A DNA stretch of 64,000 nt from an uncultured Eubacteriales bacterium (lineage in GTDB: Bacteria > Bacillota > Clostridia > Oscillospirales > Acutalibacteraceae). Positions within the stretch are counted from its first letter, which is position 1; every line of letters starts with the position of its first letter. Under the pieces are notes generated by a model, which searched no databases, was not told the DNA's origin, and saw only the letters and a program-made list of their open reading frames with translations. The position numbers and the translations under genes were made by a program. The stretch lies in the NCBI GenBank assembly GCA_964369405.1, contig CAYJGB010000001.1, forward strand, positions 98,408 through 162,407. Reading direction: 5' to 3'. This document shows, piece after piece, positions 16,703-26,293 of the stretch.

Positions 16703-19612
16703 TTAATTATTATTTTTTTGCTCTTCAATAGCAGCAAGTAAACTTCTAACTCGAATTTTTACAGCTCCTAAGTTAGTTATTTCGTCAATTTTTATTTGAG
16801 TATATATTTTACCACTTTGCTCTAGTATATCACGCACTTCATCAGTAGTAATAGCATCAATACCACAACCAAAAGACACTAATTGAACTAAGTGCATATT
16901 AGGTTTATTAGAAATATATTTGGCAGCAGCATAAAGTCTTGAGTGATATGTCCATTGATTAAGTACACTTGTTCTAAAGTTAGCTACTTTATTACTAACA
17001 ACATCTTCTGAAATAATAGCAACATCAAAACTAGAAATTAATTTATCAATTCCTTTATTAATTTCAGGGTCAATATGATACGGTCTACCAGCTACAATAA
17101 ATATTTCTTTGTTGTTAGTTTCAGCTTCTTTTATAATTTCTTCACCTTTCATACGTACTTTAAATAAGAAATTATCATATTCATTATAAGCTTTATCACA
17201 AGCGATTTTAACGTCTTTTTTGTTGATATCTTTAAAATATTTAATTAGCATTTCATATGCTTTTTTAGTAAAGTCTTTTCTTCTGTGTATACCTAAATAA
17301 TCATTAATAAAAGTTATATTTTCTACATCTTTCATATTAGTGTTTATTACTTCAGGATAATAAGCGACTACTGGGCAGTTGTAATGATTATCACCTAATT
17401 TTTCATCGAAATTATAAGACATACAAGGATAAAAAATAGTATCGATACCATTATCAATTAAAGTTTGAACATGACCATGAATTAATTTTGCAGGATAACA
17501 AACAGTGTCAGAAGGTATAGTCTGTTGACCTTTTAAATATAGCTTAGTATCAGACACAGGAGAAGTAACACACTCAAACCCTAAACTAGTAAAGAAAGCA
17601 TGCCAGAAAGGTAAAAGTTCGTACATATTAAGCCCAAAAGGAAGACCTATTTTTCCACGAGTACCTTTAACTGGAATATATTCATTTAATAAGTTTAATT
17701 TATAATCATAAATATTTAGAGTTTGATTAGGTTTTTTATTAGTAATAGGACGCTCACATCTATTACCACCTATAAATTTTCTACCATCAGCAAATTTATT
17801 TATAGTTAATCTACAGTTGTTTTTACATAGGCCACAATTTGCAACTTTGATATCGTGTATAAAATCTTTAAAGCTGTCAGCTTTTAATAAAGAGCTTGTT
17901 TCTTGTGCATTAGCTTTTGCATAAAGCGAAGCACCAAACGCACCCATAAGACCAGAAATATCAGGTCTTACAACATCTACACCCATTTCTCGCTCGAAAG
18001 CACGTAAAACAGCGTCGTTTAAGAAAGTACCACCTTGTACTACTACTTTCTTACCTAAATCATCAGGGCTAGAGGCTCTAATAACTTTATACAAAGCATT
18101 TTTAACAACACTAATCGATAAACCAGCAGATATATCTTCAATAGTAGCACCGTCTTTTTGAGCTTGCTTTACAGAACTATTCATAAAAACAGTACATCTT
18201 GAACCAAGTTCAACAGGTAGTTTTGCAAAAATACCCATTTTAGCAAATTCTTCAATTGAATATCCCAAAGCGTTAGCAAAAGTTTGTAGGAAAGAACCAC
18301 AACCAGAAGAACAAGCCTCGTTTAAGAAGATGTTATCAATAGCACCGTTGTGAACTTTAAAACACTTAATATCTTGCCCACCTATATCAATAACGAACTC
18401 AACATCAGGCATAAAGTTTTTAGCAGCAGTAAAATGTGCAACAGTTTCAACAATACCAAAATCAGCACAAAAAGCATTTTTAATAAGTTCTTCACCATAG
18501 CCAGTAACAGCACTTGAAGCGATATTTATATTAGGAGAAATAGTATATAATTCCTCTAAAAAAGATTTTATTATAGGAACAGGGTTACCACTGTTCGGCA
18601 GATATTTAGAATGTAACAACTCGTTATTTTCGCCAATAACAACAGCTTTAACAGTTGTAGAACCAGCATCTATTCCAATATAAGTTTTGCCAGTATATTC
18701 ATTTAGAGGTTTTTTATCAATGGTAGCCTTTTGGTGTCTGCTAGTAAACTGATTATATTCATCTTCGCTATTAAAAAGAGGACTATTAAAAGCGAAATTA
18801 CCACTTCCATGGTACGAGTTAATTTTTTTGATTACATCACTAAAATTAATACTTTTCTCAGCACAAAGAGCAGCACCAGAAGCCACATAATAAAGCGAAT
18901 TGTCAGGAGAAATTCCTTTAGTATTAAGTACAGTATCAAACCTTTTTCTAAGTTGCGACATAAAAGTTAAAGGGCCACCTAAGTAAACAACATTACCAGA
19001 TATCTCTCTACCTTGAGCAAGCCCTGCAACAGTCTGATTAACAACAGCTAAAAAAATACTTTCAGCAATATCGCTTTTTCTAGCACCTTGATTTAATAGA
19101 GGTTGAATATCTGTTTTTGCAAATACTCCACATCTTGAAGCAATTGTGTAAGTTTTTTGATGTTCAGATGCTAGAGTATCCATATCTTCAAGAGGAACAT
19201 TTAAAAGAGTAGCCATTTGGTCGATAAATGCACCAGTACCACCAGCACAAGAGCCGTTCATACGTACCTCCATACCACCAGTTAAGAATAGTATTTTAGC
19301 ATCTTCGCCACCTAATTCAATAATAACATCAGTATTTGGAATAAATGTATTAGCAGAAACTCTAGTCGCATAAACTTCTTGAACAAAATCAATACCACAA
19401 GTTTCAGCAACACCCATACCAGCACTTCCAGATAAAGCAATATAGGCATTTTCACTACCTTTTATTTTGTCAGGTAAAATAGTAAGAATTTCAGAAATCT
19501 TATTAATAATTTGTGAGTAATGACGTTGATAAGTGCTATAAATTATATTGTTATCATCGTCTAATACAACGCATTTAATAGTTGTAGAGCCAACATCTAG
19601 TCCAATTCGCAT
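16703..19612 (-). CDS. double BcrAD/BadFG-type ATPase (2-hydroxyacyl-CoA dehydratase activase-like) fused to a dehydratase-related C-terminal domain
   Basis: Two activase repeats (MRIGLDVGSTTIKCVV... and YIGIDAGSTTVKAVV...), each followed by GGQDxK/CAAG-type segments. C-terminal ~380 aa is a Cys-rich domain (CGLCKNNCRL). ATG at 19612 follows GGGAG (track start 19651 has no RBS). Confidence 0.8.
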   Translation of the reverse strand: MRIGLDVGSTTIKCVVLDDDNNIIYSTYQRHYSQIINKISEILTILPDKIKGSENAYIALSGSAGMGVAETCGIDFVQEVYATRVSANTFIPNTDVIIELGGEDAKILFLTGGMEVRMNGSCAGGTGAFIDQMATLLNVPLEDMDTLASEHQKTYTIASRCGVFAKTDIQPLLNQGARKSDIAESIFLAVVNQTVAGLAQGREISGNVVYLGGPLTFMSQLRKRFDTVLNTKGISPDNSLYYVASGAALCAEKSINFSDVIKKINSYHGSGNFAFNSPLFNSEDEYNQFTSRHQKATIDKKPLNEYTGKTYIGIDAGSTTVKAVVIGENNELLHSKYLPNSGNPVPIIKSFLEELYTISPNINIASSAVTGYGEELIKNAFCADFGIVETVAHFTAAKNFMPDVEFVIDIGGQDIKCFKVHNGAIDNIFLNEACSSGCGSFLQTFANALGYSIEEFAKMGIFAKLPVELGSRCTVFMNSSVKQAQKDGATIEDISAGLSISVVKNALYKVIRASSPDDLGKKVVVQGGTFLNDAVLRAFEREMGVDVVRPDISGLMGAFGASLYAKANAQETSSLLKADSFKDFIHDIKVANCGLCKNNCRLTINKFADGRKFIGGNRCERPITNKKPNQTLNIYDYKLNLLNEYIPVKGTRGKIGLPFGLNMYELLPFWHAFFTSLGFECVTSPVSDTKLYLKGQQTIPSDTVCYPAKLIHGHVQTLIDNGIDTIFYPCMSYNFDEKLGDNHYNCPVVAYYPEVINTNMKDVENITFINDYLGIHRRKDFTKKAYEMLIKYFKDINKKDVKIACDKAYNEYDNFLFKVRMKGEEIIKEAETNNKEIFIVAGRPYHIDPEINKGIDKLISSFDVAIISEDVVSNKVANFRTSVLNQWTYHSRLYAAAKYISNKPNMHLVQLVSFGCGIDAITTDEVRDILEQSGKIYTQIKIDEITNLGAVKIRVRSLLAAIEEQKNNN

Positions 19613-19750
19613 AAAAATTATCTCCCGTACAATAAATATAAAATAAAACATTAAGTTTTTAAAATCTAATTAAATAAAATCACAACTTATAGTTTAGCAC
19701 ATATTAGGGTATAATGTAAAGTGTTAATTGCTATATGTTTAATAATGTTA

Positions 19751-19797
19751 AAAAATAAAAAAACAGCACGATTATTTAGAATAATTCTAAATATCGT
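19751..19797 (-). terminator. rho-independent terminator of acpP
   Basis: Hairpin 19768-19797 (ACGATATTTAGAA / TTCTAAATAATCGT on the minus strand, one bulge), followed on the minus strand by a GCTGTTTTTTTATTTTT run. Confidence 0.7.
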
Positions 19798-19829
19798 ACC
19801 ATTTAAAAAATTAGCATATTATAATAATA

Positions 19830-20057
19830 TTAAACATTTTTTTCAATAAATTCTACTAAGTTACCAACAGTTTTAATGTTTTCAACTTCTTCATCAGGAA
19901 CTTCGATTTCGAATTCATCTTCAATTGACATTATTAAATCTACAACGTCTAGTGAATCAGCACCTAAATCATCTTGAATAGTAGTTTCAGCAGTAATGCT
20001 ATCCTCGCTTGCATCGAATTGTTCTGATAAAATTGATTTAACTTTTTCCAGTACCAT
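19830..20057 (-). CDS. acpP: acyl carrier protein
   Basis: 75 aa with the phosphopantetheine-attachment motif LGADSLDVVDL. AGGAGG RBS. Confidence 0.9.
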   Translation of the reverse strand: MVLEKVKSILSEQFDASEDSITAETTIQDDLGADSLDVVDLIMSIEDEFEIEVPDEEVENIKTVGNLVEFIEKNV

Positions 20058-20314
20058 AAATAATTCCTCCTAAATAAATTCGTTTTAAAATCGTTAGATT
20101 TAAGATGTAGACAAAAATATATAATTTATGTTACAATAACCAAAAGCAATGTTTTGAAAAATCTAACCTAAAAAATTTTAGTACAAAAACATATTATTAG
20201 TTATTTGTAAATTTGTCAATATAGTTTTTGAATTTTTTTCAAAAAAAATACTAAAAAATGAAAATTTAGATATTTTGAACAGAATTTTAAAATATTTTTG
20301 TAGGAGTGTATCAT

Positions 20315-21163
20315 ATGAAAAGTAAACAATATGCAGTAATAGGACATCCAATAGGACATACTATGTCACCATTTATACATAAAAGGTTGTTTGACCTTGC
20401 ACAAATAGATGCAAAATATTCAGTATTAGATATTTCGCCAGAAAATTTAAAATTAGAATTTAATAATACATTAAAAAATTTAGATGGATTTAATATAACA
20501 ATACCACATAAAGAAAATATAATTAATTGTTTAAATGGATTAGATGAAAAAGCAAAATTATATGGCAGTGTAAATACAGTAGACAATAAAAATGGAATAT
20601 ACACAGGCTATACAACTGACCCAGATGGATTTATAAAAGCATTAGAAGCTTATGACATTCCGTTTGAAAATAATGTTATGATTTTAGGGACTGGTGGAGT
20701 AGCTAGAACTATGGCATACGAAGCAGTAAAAGCTAATTGCAATCTAACTATAGCAGTTAGAAAAGAAGATATAGAAATATCTAACAAGTTAATAAAAGAG
20801 ATAACAACAAATATTGAAGCAAGTAGTATTAAAACGTGCTTAATTAGTGAGATAGATAATTCACAAATAGATTTACTTATTAATGCAACACCTATTGGAA
20901 TGTATCCAAGAGTTGATAATTGCCCTGTAAGTGACAATATAATCAATAATTGTAAAAATGTATTTGATGCAGTATATAATCCACTGGAAACTATACTGGT
21001 TAAAAAGGCAAAGGCACAAGGAAGTAATGCAGTAGGTGGAATGTCAATGCTTGTATGGCAAGCAGTAGTAGCTCATAATATATGGGACGGCAGTATTTAT
21101 AATAAAGAAGATATAGACAAATTATGTACAGATAGTGCAAACGAACTTAAAAACAATTTTTAA
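20315..21163 (+). CDS. aroE: shikimate dehydrogenase
   Basis: YAVIGHPIGHTMSPFIH, NITIPHK, SVNTV and GTGGVAR motifs. ATG at 20315 is 9 nt after AGGAG. Confidence 0.9.
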   Translation: MKSKQYAVIGHPIGHTMSPFIHKRLFDLAQIDAKYSVLDISPENLKLEFNNTLKNLDGFNITIPHKENIINCLNGLDEKAKLYGSVNTVDNKNGIYTGYTTDPDGFIKALEAYDIPFENNVMILGTGGVARTMAYEAVKANCNLTIAVRKEDIEISNKLIKEITTNIEASSIKTCLISEIDNSQIDLLINATPIGMYPRVDNCPVSDNIINNCKNVFDAVYNPLETILVKKAKAQGSNAVGGMSMLVWQAVVAHNIWDGSIYNKEDIDKLCTDSANELKNNF

Positions 21164-21180
21164 AAGATAGAAGGGATAAT

Positions 21181-21696
21181 ATGTTAGAAAATAAAAATAT
21201 AGTGTTGTGTGGCTTTATGGGCTGTGGAAAATCTACAATAGGAAAACAATTAGCAAAAGAGCTTAACAGAGAGCTAATTGATTTAGATGATTATATAGAG
21301 CAAAAAGAAAAAATGAAAATAACAGAAATTTTTTCGCAATATGGAGAAGAACACTTTAGAGATTTAGAGCATATGGCAGTAAAAGAATTATCAAATAAAA
21401 ACGGTTTAGTGATAAGTTCAGGTGGAGGGACACTAATATTTGAGAGAAATGTAGAAATATTAAAAGAAAATAGTGTAATAATATATTTAGAGTCATCACT
21501 TGAAGAAATCAAAGATAGACTTAAAAATGACACAAAAAGACCTCTACTTCAAAAGCCAAATAAAGATGAAATAATGCAAGAGTTATACAATAAAAGAGTA
21601 CCAATTTATAAAAAATCAAGCGATTATACAGTGAATTCAGATAAAACTATAAAACTTATAGTGAAAGATATTTGTGAATTAATTGTAAATAAATAA
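21181..21696 (+). CDS. aroK: shikimate kinase
   Basis: Walker A GFMGCGKSTIG, then LIDLDDYIE and SSGGG. 171 aa. Confidence 0.9.
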   Translation: MLENKNIVLCGFMGCGKSTIGKQLAKELNRELIDLDDYIEQKEKMKITEIFSQYGEEHFRDLEHMAVKELSNKNGLVISSGGGTLIFERNVEILKENSVIIYLESSLEEIKDRLKNDTKRPLLQKPNKDEIMQELYNKRVPIYKKSSDYTVNSDKTIKLIVKDICELIVNK

Positions 21697-21704
21697 AAAA
21701 ACTG

Positions 21705-21733
21705 TTGACAAATAGAAATTATAGTATTATTAT
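21705..21733 (+). promoter_or_regulatory. sigma-A type promoter of the aroF operon leader
   Basis: TTGACA (21705-21710), 17-nt spacer, TATTAT (21728-21733). Confidence 0.6.
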
Positions 21734-21767
21734 AGTAAACAAGAAAAAAACAGATAGGGGTTAGGTC

Positions 21768-21884
21768 ATGCAAAAGCAAAGCAAGTTAACACAACGATTT
21801 ATAAGCTTTGTTTATTTCAACTATTTTTATTGGTTGGAATTATTTGTGTTGCCCTATACTTACACTAAATGTAGTGTAAATTGA
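21768..21884 (+). CDS. candidate leader peptide rich in Phe/Tyr/Trp (38 codons)
   Basis: MQKQSKLTQRFISFVYFNYFYWLELFVLPYTYTKCSVN*. 11 of 38 residues are aromatic (5 F, 5 Y, 1 W), and 8 of the 12 residues at positions 11-22. AGGGG lies 7 nt upstream. The ORF sits between the promoter and a terminator just before aroF. It is below the ORF-track size cutoff. Confidence 0.45.
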   Translation: MQKQSKLTQRFISFVYFNYFYWLELFVLPYTYTKCSVN

Positions 21885-21926
21885 ATTTTGTTTTTTGATG
21901 TTAATATAAAACATTTTAACAAATTT

Positions 21927-21965
21927 AAGCATAGGGCATTTAGAAAATGTCTTATGCTTTTTTTA
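21927..21965 (+). terminator. rho-independent terminator/attenuator 34 nt upstream of aroF
   Basis: AAGCATAGGGCAT (21927-21939) pairs with ATGTCTTATGCTT (21947-21959) over 13 bp including two G-U pairs, then TTTTT. The 5' arm can alternatively pair with TGCCCTAT at 21850-21857. Confidence 0.65.
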
Positions 21966-21998
21966 ATATTAAAAATAAATTATGAATGAGGTTAAATT

Positions 21999-23015
21999 AT
22001 GATTATCGTATTAAAATCAAAAGTTACGCAGGAAAAAATTAATAAATTTACAGAGCAACTAAAAGACACTTATGGTGTTAAAGTAAATGTATGGGAAGGT
22101 GTTCATAGCACTGTTTTGGGCTTGATTGGCGATACAACTAAAATCGATATCGACAATATCAAAGCACAAGCTATAGTAGAAAACGTAAGAAGAGTTCAAG
22201 AGCCATACAAAAAAGCAAATAGAAAATTCCACCCAGAAAATACAGTAGTAACACTTAAAAATGGTATAAAAATAGGTGATGGTAGCCTTCAAATTATGGC
22301 AGGACCTTGCTCAGTAGAGAGCGAAAGCCAAATAATAGAAATTGCAAAAAGTGCAAATGCAAGTGGTGCTTCAATGCTTAGAGGTGGTGCATTTAAACCT
22401 AGAACATCACCATATGCATTCCAAGGATTAAAAGCTGAAGGGCTTGACCTACTTAGCAAAGCAAAAGCTCAAACAGGTATGCCAATAGTTACAGAAATTA
22501 TGAGAACTTCTCATATTGAATTATGTGAAGATGTAGATATAATTCAAGTTGGAGCAAGAAATATGCAAAACTTTGAATTGTTAAAAGAATTAGGTAAAAT
22601 CGACACTCCAATACTTTTAAAAAGAGGACTTAGCAGCACGATTGAAGAAATGCTTATGAGTGCTGAATATATTATGGCTGGAGGCAACGAAAACGTTATC
22701 TTATGCGAAAGAGGTATAAGAACTTATGAAACAGCTACAAGAAACACACTTGATATTTCAGCTGTTCCAATTCTAAAAAAATTATCACACTTACCAGTAG
22801 TAATAGACCCTAGCCATGCAGGTGGATTATCATGGTTAGTAGAGTCATTATCAATGGCAGCAGTAGCAGTAGGTGCAGACGGACTTATGATAGAAGTTCA
22901 TAACGACCCTGCTAATGCATTGTCAGACGGAGCACAAAGTTTAACACCAGAACAATTTGATAAAGTAGCAAAAAAAGTATTTGCATTAAAAGAATACTTA
23001 ACAAATCAAGAATAA
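21999..23015 (+). CDS. aroF: 3-deoxy-7-phosphoheptulonate (DAHP) synthase, type I-beta with N-terminal ferredoxin-like regulatory domain
   Basis: KDO8P/DAHPS-like core (MAGPCSVES, GAFKPRTSPY, IDPSH) preceded by a ~65-aa N-terminal domain. 338 aa. Confidence 0.85.
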   Translation: MIIVLKSKVTQEKINKFTEQLKDTYGVKVNVWEGVHSTVLGLIGDTTKIDIDNIKAQAIVENVRRVQEPYKKANRKFHPENTVVTLKNGIKIGDGSLQIMAGPCSVESESQIIEIAKSANASGASMLRGGAFKPRTSPYAFQGLKAEGLDLLSKAKAQTGMPIVTEIMRTSHIELCEDVDIIQVGARNMQNFELLKELGKIDTPILLKRGLSSTIEEMLMSAEYIMAGGNENVILCERGIRTYETATRNTLDISAVPILKKLSHLPVVIDPSHAGGLSWLVESLSMAAVAVGADGLMIEVHNDPANALSDGAQSLTPEQFDKVAKKVFALKEYLTNQE

Positions 23016-23119
23016 AATAAAATTATATTGTCCCACCGATTAAATAATTATTTAGTCGGTGGCACTCTTAAAATTTTACAAATGTTCAAATTTATATTAC
23101 AATAGATTGGGTGGTTAAA

Positions 23120-23950
23120 ATGAATATAGTTGTAGTTGGTTTAGGAATAATAGGTGGTTCATACTGTAAAGCGATAAAAAAATACACTGAGCATAAAGTA
23201 ATAGGAATAACTAGAAGTAAAAAAACATTACAAGATGCTATAAAGTGTGGTGCAATTGATGAAATAGGTAATGAGCAATCACTAAAATCAGCAGATTTAA
23301 TTATTTTAGGACTTTATCCTCAATATGCTATTGATTTCATTGAGCAAAATGTAAGTAATATAAAAAAAGGTTGTATTGTTACAGATACATCTGGTATTAA
23401 ATTATCAATTTGTCCAAAACTTATGGAGCTTGCAAAAGCAAATGATTTTATTTTTATTGGAAGTCATCCTATGGCTGGTAAAGAAAAAAATGGTTTTGAA
23501 GTATCAGAAGCAGACCTGTTTAAAGGTGCTAGCTTTATAGTAGTGCCAAGTGGTGCAAATAGAGAAAGTGTTAACTTATTATGCAGATTTGCACTTAGCA
23601 TAGGTTTTGGAGAAATTAGAATAGCAACACCACAAGAACACGATGAAATGATTGCATTCACTTCACAGCTACCTCACGTATTAGCTTGCTCATATGTGTT
23701 AAGCCCAAAATGTAAAAACCATAAAGGCTTTTCAGCGGGAAGTTATAGAGATGTATCAAGAGTAGCTAACATAAATGCTACATTGTGGACTGAATTGTTT
23801 TTAGAAAATAGTAAGCCTTTAGCAGAAGAAATTGGTGTTTTAATAGAAAATTTAACTCAGATGAAAAACGCAATTGAAAAAGAAGATAGCGATAAAATAT
23901 ATGATATGTTAGAAAAGGGTAGAAAAATTAAAGAGGAGCTTTCAGAATGA
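23120..23950 (+). CDS. tyrA: prephenate dehydrogenase
   Basis: MNIVVVGLGIIGGS Rossmann motif, then GSHPMAGKE. The ATG at 23120 is preferred over the GTG at 23111. Confidence 0.85.
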   Translation: MNIVVVGLGIIGGSYCKAIKKYTEHKVIGITRSKKTLQDAIKCGAIDEIGNEQSLKSADLIILGLYPQYAIDFIEQNVSNIKKGCIVTDTSGIKLSICPKLMELAKANDFIFIGSHPMAGKEKNGFEVSEADLFKGASFIVVPSGANRESVNLLCRFALSIGFGEIRIATPQEHDEMIAFTSQLPHVLACSYVLSPKCKNHKGFSAGSYRDVSRVANINATLWTELFLENSKPLAEEIGVLIENLTQMKNAIEKEDSDKIYDMLEKGRKIKEELSE

Positions 23951-25005
23951 AAATTTTAGAGGTTAAAACAGGTAGACCGTATCAAATTATAATTGATAGA
24001 GATATAATCAGATATTGTGGTGAATATATATCAAAGATTAGTAAAGCTCAAAAAATCATGGTTATAACTGATAGCAATGTAGAGGCTATATATTATAGTA
24101 AAGTTAAAAAGTCATTAGAAGAAAAAGGATTTCAAGTATATAACTTTACCTTTGAAGCTGGTGAACAGTCAAAAAAATTGAGAACTGTAATGGCAGCTTA
24201 CAACGAATTAGCAAACTTATGTTTCTCAAGAAGTGATTTAATAGTTGCTTTAGGTGGAGGTGTAACTGGTGATATGGCTGGATTTATTGCAGCTACATAT
24301 CAAAGAGGTATAGAGTTTGTACAAATACCAACTTCACTGTTAGCACAAGTTGATTCTTCAGTAGGAGGAAAAACTGGAATAGACATAGCACAAGGTAAAA
24401 ACTTAGTTGGTGCATTTTGGCAACCGTCATTAGTGTTAATTGACATAGATACATTAGATACATTACCTAAAGCATATTTTGATGATGGAATGGCAGAGGT
24501 TATTAAATATGGTTGCATTAAAAGCAAAGATTTATTTGAGAAATTAGAAGAAAATAATGCACGCAATATTATAGAGCAAATAATATATGAGTGTGTTAAT
24601 ATAAAAAGACAAGTAGTTGAAAATGATGAAGAAGAAAAAGGCGAACGTATGTTACTTAATTTTGGGCATACATTTGGTCATTCACTAGAAAAAATATATA
24701 ACTACAGTACACTTTCTCATGGTCAAGCAGTAGCAATAGGTATGGTTATAGTTACAAAAGCATCCGAAAACAATAATATAACAGAAAAAGGAACTACAAA
24801 AAGACTTATAAAAATACTCAAAAAGTATAATCTGCCTACTAAAGATATTAATGATTTAAAAAATATAGTGGAAAATTCATTTAATGATAAAAAAAGTAGT
24901 GGAGATTATATTAATATAGTTTTAGTTGATAAAATAGGGCATAGTTTTATTAAGAAAATTTTAAAAGCAGAACTTTATAACTTTTGTACAGTTAAAGGAG
25001 AATAA
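23947..25005 (+). CDS. aroB: 3-dehydroquinate synthase
   Basis: GGGVTGDMAGF, VDSSVGGKTGI and NFGHTFGH motifs. Overlaps the tyrA stop (ATGA). Confidence 0.9.
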   Translation: MKILEVKTGRPYQIIIDRDIIRYCGEYISKISKAQKIMVITDSNVEAIYYSKVKKSLEEKGFQVYNFTFEAGEQSKKLRTVMAAYNELANLCFSRSDLIVALGGGVTGDMAGFIAATYQRGIEFVQIPTSLLAQVDSSVGGKTGIDIAQGKNLVGAFWQPSLVLIDIDTLDTLPKAYFDDGMAEVIKYGCIKSKDLFEKLEENNARNIIEQIIYECVNIKRQVVENDEEEKGERMLLNFGHTFGHSLEKIYNYSTLSHGQAVAIGMVIVTKASENNNITEKGTTKRLIKILKKYNLPTKDINDLKNIVENSFNDKKSSGDYINIVLVDKIGHSFIKKILKAELYNFCTVKGE

Positions 25006-25010
25006 ATTAT

Positions 25011-26273
25011 ATGAGTGAAGTATTAGTTTCTAGCAGTTTTTTAAGTGGAGAAGTAAATATACCACCATCTAAAAGCTGTGTACATAGAGCTATAATTTGT
25101 GCAAGTTTAGCTAAAGGAAAAAGTATAATTTCACCTATTGACTTTTCAAATGACATTAATGCGACTATAGATTGTATAAAGAGATTAGGTGCAAAAGTTA
25201 CAATTGAAAAAACATCAATTATAGTAGATGGTACAGATGTGTTTTCAAATAAACAAGCAACATTAAATTGCAAAGAGTCTGGCTCTACACTTAGGTTTTT
25301 AATTCCAGTAGCAAGTGTAGGAGGAGTAGAAACAACTTTTTTAGGAGAAGGTAGACTACCACAAAGACCAATTGGCACATACTTAGAATTGTTGCCAGAA
25401 TTTGGAGTTTCAATGGAAACATTAGGTGGGTTGCCACTAAATGTTAAAGGTGCTTTAAAATCTGGAGAATATAAAATAGCAGGAGATATTAGTTCTCAAT
25501 TTATTACAGGACTACTTTTTGCATTACCACTTTTAAAAGAAGATAGCAAAATAATATTAACATCTAATTTAGAATCAAAAGGCTATGTCGATATGACAAT
25601 AAATGTTATGAAAACTTTTGGAGTTGAAATTTCTGAAAAAGAATATGGATATTTTGTAAAGGGAAATCAATCCTACAAGGCGTGTAACTTCACAACGGAG
25701 GGCGACTGGTCACAAGTTGCATTTTTTATGGCAGCAGGTGCTATAAATGGAGATGTAACAATAAATGGAGTAGATTTTAATTCGGCACAAGGCGACAAAG
25801 AGTGTGTTGAAATATTTAAAAGATTTAATGCAGATGTGACAATTAATAAAAATAGCGTAAATGTAAAAAAAAGTAAATTAAAGGCAACTGAAATAGATGC
25901 AAGACAAATACCCGATTTAGTACCAATTTTAGCAGTTGTAGCAAGTTTTGCACAGGGAACAACTAAAATAAAAAATGCTCAAAGGCTTAGAATAAAGGAA
26001 AGCGACAGATTAAAAGCAATAAGTGATGGGCTTAATAAAATAGGTGCAGATGTTTTAGAAACAGAAGATGGACTTATAATAAACGGAAAAAAAGAGTTAA
26101 TAGGTGGAAATACACTAGGATATAACGACCATAGGATAGTTATGTCACTAAGTGTAGCTTCATTAGGCTGTAGAGAGTGTGTATCAATTACAGATAAAGA
26201 AAGTATAAATAAATCTTATCCAAATTTCTTTATAGATTATAAAAATTTGGGTGGTAAAGTAAAAGATAAATAA
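25011..26273 (+). CDS. aroA: 3-phosphoshikimate 1-carboxyvinyltransferase (EPSP synthase)
   Basis: PPSKSCVHRAI, LNCKESGSTLRF, LRIKESDRL and NDHRIVMS motifs. 420 aa. Confidence 0.9.
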   Translation: MSEVLVSSSFLSGEVNIPPSKSCVHRAIICASLAKGKSIISPIDFSNDINATIDCIKRLGAKVTIEKTSIIVDGTDVFSNKQATLNCKESGSTLRFLIPVASVGGVETTFLGEGRLPQRPIGTYLELLPEFGVSMETLGGLPLNVKGALKSGEYKIAGDISSQFITGLLFALPLLKEDSKIILTSNLESKGYVDMTINVMKTFGVEISEKEYGYFVKGNQSYKACNFTTEGDWSQVAFFMAAGAINGDVTINGVDFNSAQGDKECVEIFKRFNADVTINKNSVNVKKSKLKATEIDARQIPDLVPILAVVASFAQGTTKIKNAQRLRIKESDRLKAISDGLNKIGADVLETEDGLIINGKKELIGGNTLGYNDHRIVMSLSVASLGCRECVSITDKESINKSYPNFFIDYKNLGGKVKDK

Positions 26274-26293
26274 AGTTTTAAGGAGAATATAAG

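Noticed and set aside
21734-21998. T-box riboswitch upstream of aroF
   Set aside because: I found no T-box core (GGGTGGTACCGCG-like) and no recognisable specifier-loop/AG-bulge arrangement. The leader is better explained by the aromatic-rich mini-ORF plus terminator.
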